Source of the DNA: Syntrophorhabdaceae bacterium
GTDB taxonomy: Bacteria > Desulfobacterota > Syntrophorhabdia > Syntrophorhabdales > Syntrophorhabdaceae
Assembly (NCBI GenBank): GCA_963665295.1
Contig: OY762209.1
Location: forward strand, 2,432,001 to 2,496,000
Length of the DNA stretch: 64,000 nt
Direction: 5' to 3'
Below are positions 59,623 through 64,000 of the stretch, piece after piece (the stretch's first letter is position 1; the number at the start of each line of letters is the position of its first letter). The notes beneath the pieces are model-generated. The model was not told the origin of the DNA. It did not search any database and saw nothing but the letters and a program-made list of their open reading frames with translations. The position numbers and the translations under genes were made by a program.

Positions 59623-60111
59623 TTAACCTCCAATGGTTCGGACGAAATCGATCTCGACCCTCATCACCCCGAAATAGGTGGGGTGATAATGGCCTTCGTC
59701 GTTCGCCGATTCTTTTGTCTCGATGTCGTTGCATCCGGCGGGGAGGCCGATGCCCCCCAGTTCTCCCTCGGGTCGGTATTTCAGGAAATCGTCTTCGATA
59801 GCTTCCTCGAAGGCTACCGCCTGCTTCCCCGCGAGGGAAAGGTCGTTCTGCATAAAACCGAAATAGACTCGAAGGTCCTGTTTGTAGGACCGCTCGGAGA
59901 CGGCCCGGGCGCCTTTTTCCACGACCGGACGGGTAATCATGATGAGGGGAAGCTCATCCTGGGTGATCTTTACCCTGGGTTTGAAAAAGGTTTTGACCGA
60001 GAGGGTCCTGCCGGGCCACCTGGCGGCGGCGTAAGCGGCGGCAGCCCCTTTGCCGAGGTCCTCGGCGATCTTCTCCATGACGGAGACGAAGCTGGTGGAG
60101 GTGTCGGCCAT
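59623..60111 (-). CDS. Tail terminator-like protein
   Basis: ELPLIMI motif, size and position. Confidence 0.55.
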   Translation of the reverse strand: MADTSTSFVSVMEKIAEDLGKGAAAAYAAARWPGRTLSVKTFFKPRVKITQDELPLIMITRPVVEKGARAVSERSYKQDLRVYFGFMQNDLSLAGKQAVAFEEAIEDDFLKYRPEGELGGIGLPAGCNDIETKESANDEGHYHPTYFGVMRVEIDFVRTIGG

Positions 60112-60413
60112 TATTCCGCGCCTCCCTTTCCGGGCTCGGAACCTTTGAGGTTTGTGAGGATGCTTTTCATTTCGTCCATGTAACCGCGTGTCAATTCATG
60201 GTTCTTCAGCAGGTTTCTCGCTCCTTCGGCATCGGTGTAGTACTTGCCCGTTTCCACTCCGAATTCAACCGGGTAGTAGTCAGGTTCCGGCGGAAGGGAC
60301 GGGACCTGCTGCCGGATGTATTCCGTTCTCACCACCTGCGCCGTCGGCGGGGTACATGCGGTTAAGCCAGTCAAGAAGCTCGTCGCCAGTAGAATTATTG
60401 CCGTTCTTTTCAT
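60111..60413 (-). CDS. Outer-membrane spanin-like lipoprotein (Rz1-like)
   Basis: Lipobox LTAC, Pro-rich, overlaps the upstream coiled-coil gene out of frame. Confidence 0.65.
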   Translation of the reverse strand: MKRTAIILLATSFLTGLTACTPPTAQVVRTEYIRQQVPSLPPEPDYYPVEFGVETGKYYTDAEGARNLLKNHELTRGYMDEMKSILTNLKGSEPGKGGAE

Positions 60414-60753
60414 TGGTCCCCTCCGGGGTTATCTTGATCGCGCCGGGCTTGACGTCCTTCGTGCCCGTCTTGAGGGTGTCTATTTTCTTGTTCTTCGATA
60501 ATGTCCGGTCCTTAATTTTAAGCCGGTCGTCACAGCCTTTCAGGGCGTCCTTCACTTCCTGTCGGAGACTTCCGATCGTGGCCTCCTGAGAGGCGTTCGC
60601 GTCCTGGCAGGTTTTGAGGTCCGAACGGGCGACTTTGATGTCGGCCTGATACCCTTTTATCCTCATTTGCTGGACGTAAGCGGCAATGAGGACGCCCGCC
60701 ACAAAGGCGAGGGCGTAGGGCAAGACCTTGCGGGCAACGGTTATCCAGTCCAT
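60280..60753 (-). CDS. Inner-membrane spanin-like protein (Rz-like)
   Basis: N-terminal TM plus coiled coil, adjacent to the endolysin block. Confidence 0.65.
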   Translation of the reverse strand: MDWITVARKVLPYALAFVAGVLIAAYVQQMRIKGYQADIKVARSDLKTCQDANASQEATIGSLRQEVKDALKGCDDRLKIKDRTLSKNKKIDTLKTGTKDVKPGAIKITPEGTNEKNGNNSTGDELLDWLNRMYPADGAGGENGIHPAAGPVPSAGT

Positions 60754-61049
60754 TAGTCCATCTCCTTCAACACGTGAAAATTACGGATTACCACGTAAAG
60801 GTACCCGGACAGGAAGAGAGCCAGGATTACCGGGCCGATAACGGGTAGGACGGTCCTGAGCCAGAAGAAGAAAAGAGCGCCAAAAAGAGCCTGAGCGGCT
60901 TTTGCTTGCAAAAGCCATCCGCGCCTGACGAACCACGAGATCAGGGGGTTCATTTCCCGGCCACCTCGGGCGAGGATCTTACTCGTCACGTCGTAATCGA
61001 GGACGGTGAGCACGATGAAAACGCAAATCAAAACTATTGTGAAGATCAT
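60753..61049 (-). CDS. Small membrane protein (D..T...G.E.NP motif, DUF5658-like)
   Basis: Three hydrophobic segments; LDYDVT...GGREMNP. Confidence 0.6.
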   Translation of the reverse strand: MIFTIVLICVFIVLTVLDYDVTSKILARGGREMNPLISWFVRRGWLLQAKAAQALFGALFFFWLRTVLPVIGPVILALFLSGYLYVVIRNFHVLKEMD

Positions 61050-61663
61050 TTGTATTTTTCCCCCTTTCGGTCTATTTCGGACGGGTACCCGACATTGACC
61101 GTGCACATGTCAAGGAGCTTGCCCGATTTGAGACGGATCACCTTTCTCCGGCACTGCTTTTCAACAAGAAGGTATTCGCATGATGCGGCGCGCCTTATCT
61201 CCTTGTTGAGGGCTCCCGCGCCGCCATTGTAGGCCCGGAAGGAGAAGTACCACCCCTTGCACGCGACAATGCCGTACAGGTAATCGTCGTAAAGGATGAG
61301 CGCCCGTATTGCCCACTTCGGGTCATACGGGGCCGCGCTCTCGGAGATTTCTTTCAGGGCCGGTTCCCGGGATTGCATCCAGTCCGCCGTGGCGGGCATG
61401 AACTGACCTAACCCCATGCCGCCGTCAAAGGCAGTGACGCCTTGGTCGCAACGCGATTCCTGCTCAATCTGGCCCATGAAGAGATGGGTGGGCGCTTCCG
61501 GTCCCACCTGGTAGTGGGCCTCACGGACGACCTGAGGCAAATAGCGCTTGCACCGGTCGATTGTCCAGGTACCGCGCCCTTCAGATACCCCAGGCAACAC
61601 CAAGGATAACAGCAAGGTAAAAAGCAGCGCGGAAAGTAAGGATCGCCCTTCTTTCATCTCCAT
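61046..61663 (-). CDS. Lytic transglycosylase (SLT) endolysin with signal/anchor
   Basis: QIEQES, GMGLGQFMPATA, AYNGG. Confidence 0.88.
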   Translation of the reverse strand: MEMKEGRSLLSALLFTLLLSLVLPGVSEGRGTWTIDRCKRYLPQVVREAHYQVGPEAPTHLFMGQIEQESRCDQGVTAFDGGMGLGQFMPATADWMQSREPALKEISESAAPYDPKWAIRALILYDDYLYGIVACKGWYFSFRAYNGGAGALNKEIRRAASCEYLLVEKQCRRKVIRLKSGKLLDMCTVNVGYPSEIDRKGEKYK

Positions 61664-62042
61664 TCATGGCCTCCGTTTTGCCGAATACCAGTTTGTAAAG
61701 GACCGCCCAGAGAAACTCGGCGAGTCCAACCGCCGCCGTGACGATCACGATCTTGTAGCAAAGGTTCTTTACCGCCTGAGGTCCCATGAGACGCCAGACG
61801 AGAGGAAGCACAACCGCAAGGATTACACCGAAACGCAGAACGTACTTGCCCGTTTCAGTGAGACCTTTGACGGTCATTGAGAGCTGTGTGCAGAGATTAT
61901 CCAGATCATCCCCCAGTCGGGCAGATGCGGGAGGAGCGAGAAGAATCTCCGTGAAGAAGACAGCGATCACCCTTTTCCTCACTGCGGGAATAAACATCAA
62001 CCCTGCAATCGCGATGCACGCTATTACGATGAATACCATCAT
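61581..62042 (-). CDS. Holin-like membrane protein
   Basis: Multiple TM segments, overlaps the endolysin 5' end. Confidence 0.55.
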   Translation of the reverse strand: MMVFIVIACIAIAGLMFIPAVRKRVIAVFFTEILLAPPASARLGDDLDNLCTQLSMTVKGLTETGKYVLRFGVILAVVLPLVWRLMGPQAVKNLCYKIVIVTAAVGLAEFLWAVLYKLVFGKTEAMNGDERRAILTFRAAFYLAVILGVAWGI

Positions 62043-62219
62043 GACTTACTCCTTTTCCTCGCTCCGGCCTTCCGGAGCTTTCTTTTTACCGAGGGCAATG
62101 AGCATCTGCTCTATCGGTCCACGGTAGAGGCAGCAAAGGAGAGTGACGAACTCTCCGCGCTCCTTTGCCGTGGAATCCTTCCACGCCTGGTCTAGTTTGC
62201 TGCGTCGCGCTTCCCCATG

Positions 62220-62462
62220 TCAGCCTCCTTTGACCATTCCTCCTGGATTGGGAATGACCACGTTTCCCCCTCCGTTATGCCAGTGATGATTGACCCGGTC
62301 CCAGATATCCTGATGTTCCTCTTTGTTGTCCTTGCAGAATTGCGCGATATTTTCCCTGATCTCTTTTTTCCACACCCTCAGCGAGACGATAAGAGTAGTG
62401 AGGAGGGCCACCGCGGCGGCCACAAGGATCGATAGCACGCACATCCATGCCTGTTCACTCAT
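62220..62462 (-). CDS. Small single-TM phage protein
   Basis: TM followed by EEHQDIWDRVNHH. Confidence 0.55.
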   Translation of the reverse strand: MSEQAWMCVLSILVAAAVALLTTLIVSLRVWKKEIRENIAQFCKDNKEEHQDIWDRVNHHWHNGGGNVVIPNPGGMVKGG

Positions 62463-62989
62463 CGAGGTATCTCCTTGCCTATTTCTTCTTCCACGATCCG
62501 GACGGCGCGGGCTCCGGTGTTGAACTTCTCGAAGCCGTCGGTGAGGTAATCGCGGGGGCCGTATTTGGAGGATGAACCCGTGCCTTCACGGATTACCCGG
62601 GCGTATTCCGCCGAGTCGTAGATTACCGCTTCGTCGGGACCGGCGGTGAAGGTAAGGGCCTTCCCAGCCGTTTTGGATTGGCCGGGGAATAGAAAGTCGA
62701 GGGAGTCGCGGAGAAGTCCGGACCTTACCGGTACAGGGTAACCGCCTGCTCCTTCGAAGCTCCGGAATATCACATCTTCGCCGGATTTCTTTGTGAAGCC
62801 CACATAATCACGGCGCACCTCCTTGCCTGCCCCTCCGGGGCCGGAGAGGAGGGCGTGGGACTCGCGGTGGGAACCGGTGGCGATACGGGTAAGGGCCCGC
62901 TTTATTGCCGTGGGGATCATGACGGCTAAGCGGTCGAGGCCCTCGATGACGATCTTGTCGCCGTCTACGGTAATCTGCAGGTCGAGCAT
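62459..62989 (-). CDS. Tail completion / HK97 gp10-like protein
   Basis: PVRSGLLRDS, AEYA...EGT, PRDYL motifs. Confidence 0.7.
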   Translation of the reverse strand: MLDLQITVDGDKIVIEGLDRLAVMIPTAIKRALTRIATGSHRESHALLSGPGGAGKEVRRDYVGFTKKSGEDVIFRSFEGAGGYPVPVRSGLLRDSLDFLFPGQSKTAGKALTFTAGPDEAVIYDSAEYARVIREGTGSSSKYGPRDYLTDGFEKFNTGARAVRIVEEEIGKEIPR

Positions 62990-63411
62990 TGGTCGCCTCG
63001 CTGATGGGGTTTGTGACGGCCGCTTGTCGCGACCGAGCCGGAATAGTCGTCGGCGCCGGTTTTGGCGATGAGGCGCTCCGCTTCGTCGAGGTAGGCTCTT
63101 TTCTGAGCCCCCTCGTGGGAGATGTCTATTTCGTTGCCCGCGCCTATTGAATTGCCGAGGATGATATTAATCCTCCGCTGGACCAGCTCGGCGGCGACGA
63201 GGCATTTTTCCGCGCGCTTGACGTAGGTCGCGGTGGGGGCTGACGTGGAGGCGTACACATCCGTGCCCACTCTGCTCTCGAGGATCTCCGACTGCTCGGT
63301 GATGATCTCCTGGATGAGGGTGGCAAAATCCTCTTCCGTCTCGCAGAGGGACGGGAAGAGGGCCTGCGAAAAACCGAGAAACGCGATGTCGGATGGGGTG
63401 ACCTTTACCAT
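62965..63411 (-). CDS. Head-tail adaptor-like protein
   Basis: Size and position right after the capsid gene. Confidence 0.5.
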   Translation of the reverse strand: MVKVTPSDIAFLGFSQALFPSLCETEEDFATLIQEIITEQSEILESRVGTDVYASTSAPTATYVKRAEKCLVAAELVQRRINIILGNSIGAGNEIDISHEGAQKRAYLDEAERLIAKTGADDYSGSVATSGRHKPHQRGDQCSTCRLP

Positions 63412-63483
63412 TTCAGTCCTTTAATCCGGGTCGTCCAGGGAAGGCGGCTAAGCCTTTCGGGACGACCCGGAGGTTGATCGTGG

Positions 63484-64000
63484 TTACGACAGGGCGCAAC
63501 GCTTATGCTGTTTCGCCTCGCCGATGACGGGGTTGTAGGCCCCGGTCCAGACGTGATCCGCGCCGAGGGCAAGTTCGTTCCTCTGCGGGGGTCTCAGGTT
63601 GAAGTCTTCCCATTCGCCGCGCATGTTCTTGCCGCCGGGGAGGCTCACATAGTAGCTCGTATTCACGATCTTCGAAGTGGCAATGACGTTCCTGATGTTC
63701 CAGATGATCTTCTTGTTGTTCGTGTTCGGGTTGAGGTAACCCGCGTAAAGGGCCATGAGAATGCGCTCCTTTATCGTGGGGTTGACGGTGATGTCAAACT
63801 GCGAATTCTCATCCACCGCGTAACCCGCGTCGGTAAGGTCCTGAAGTATGCCCGCGCAGGCCGCGTTGATGGTCGAAATGTCGTCGGTGACGAAAGCCTG
63901 GTTGACGGCGGAACTCAAGGCGGTAAGAAGCCCGTAGTGAATGGTGGCCTTTTTGTCGAACCAGTTTCGGGTGGTGTCCGCGAAAAGCTGATCGATCAGG
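63484..64000 (-). CDS. Major capsid protein, C-terminal part (partial)
   Basis: Open frame running off the window end, followed by a hairpin and connector genes; call is mostly positional. Confidence 0.55.
   Translation of the reverse strand, partial: LIDQLFADTTRNWFDKKATIHYGLLTALSSAVNQAFVTDDISTINAACAGILQDLTDAGYAVDENSQFDITVNPTIKERILMALYAGYLNPNTNNKKIIWNIRNVIATSKIVNTSYYVSLPGGKNMRGEWEDFNLRPPQRNELALGADHVWTGAYNPVIGEAKQHKRCALS

Larger units (their letters stand above)
40714..64000 (-). mobile_element. Prophage (siphovirus-like late region) integrated at the tRNA-Arg 3' end; continues beyond the window
   Basis: Co-directional capsid, connector, lysis, tail tube, chaperone, tape measure, tail tip and fibre genes ending just after a tRNA; att arm-like repeats. 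Confidence 0.9.

Overview
Bacterial chromosomal window. The gene style suggests an anaerobic Desulfobacterota/deltaproteobacterium, but this is inference only. From left to right it holds: (1) a Zur-regulated znuABC zinc uptake operon; (2) a complete-looking type I-E CRISPR-Cas locus (cas3, cas8e, cas11, cas6e, cas7, cas5, an antirepressor-like pseudogene, cas1, cas2) with a 25-repeat/24-spacer array and an orphan degenerate repeat about 0.5 kb downstream; (3) a mixed accessory/housekeeping block (secreted metalloprotease, FIST protein, HU, a DeoR-linked membrane/vWA-like operon, a C25 peptidase next to two secreted proteins sharing a C-terminal domain, a UGA-containing rhodanese, thrC, MATE, CoA-disulfide reductase); (4) tRNA-Arg(CCG) followed by the late region of a siphovirus-like prophage (about 40.7 kb to beyond the window end). 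The most striking result is that spacer 17 matches the prophage tape-measure gene 33/33 with an AAG PAM, and spacers 13, 10 and probably 16 hit other genes of the same prophage imperfectly. The array therefore self-targets a resident prophage while the cas genes look intact, which implies an anti-CRISPR or other tolerance mechanism unless the assembly is chimeric. Other highlights: about 494 bp of decayed Mu-like phage DNA bracketed by CRISPR repeats; a glycosyltransferase-methyltransferase gene wedged between the tail tip and a Ser/Thr-rich collagen-like fibre; a candidate PorU-like C25 sortase with its substrates; a selenoprotein with a SECIS; a -1 frameshift in the tail chaperone; a CTG-start gene; and a nonsense codon in a signal peptide. 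All alignments were done by eye.
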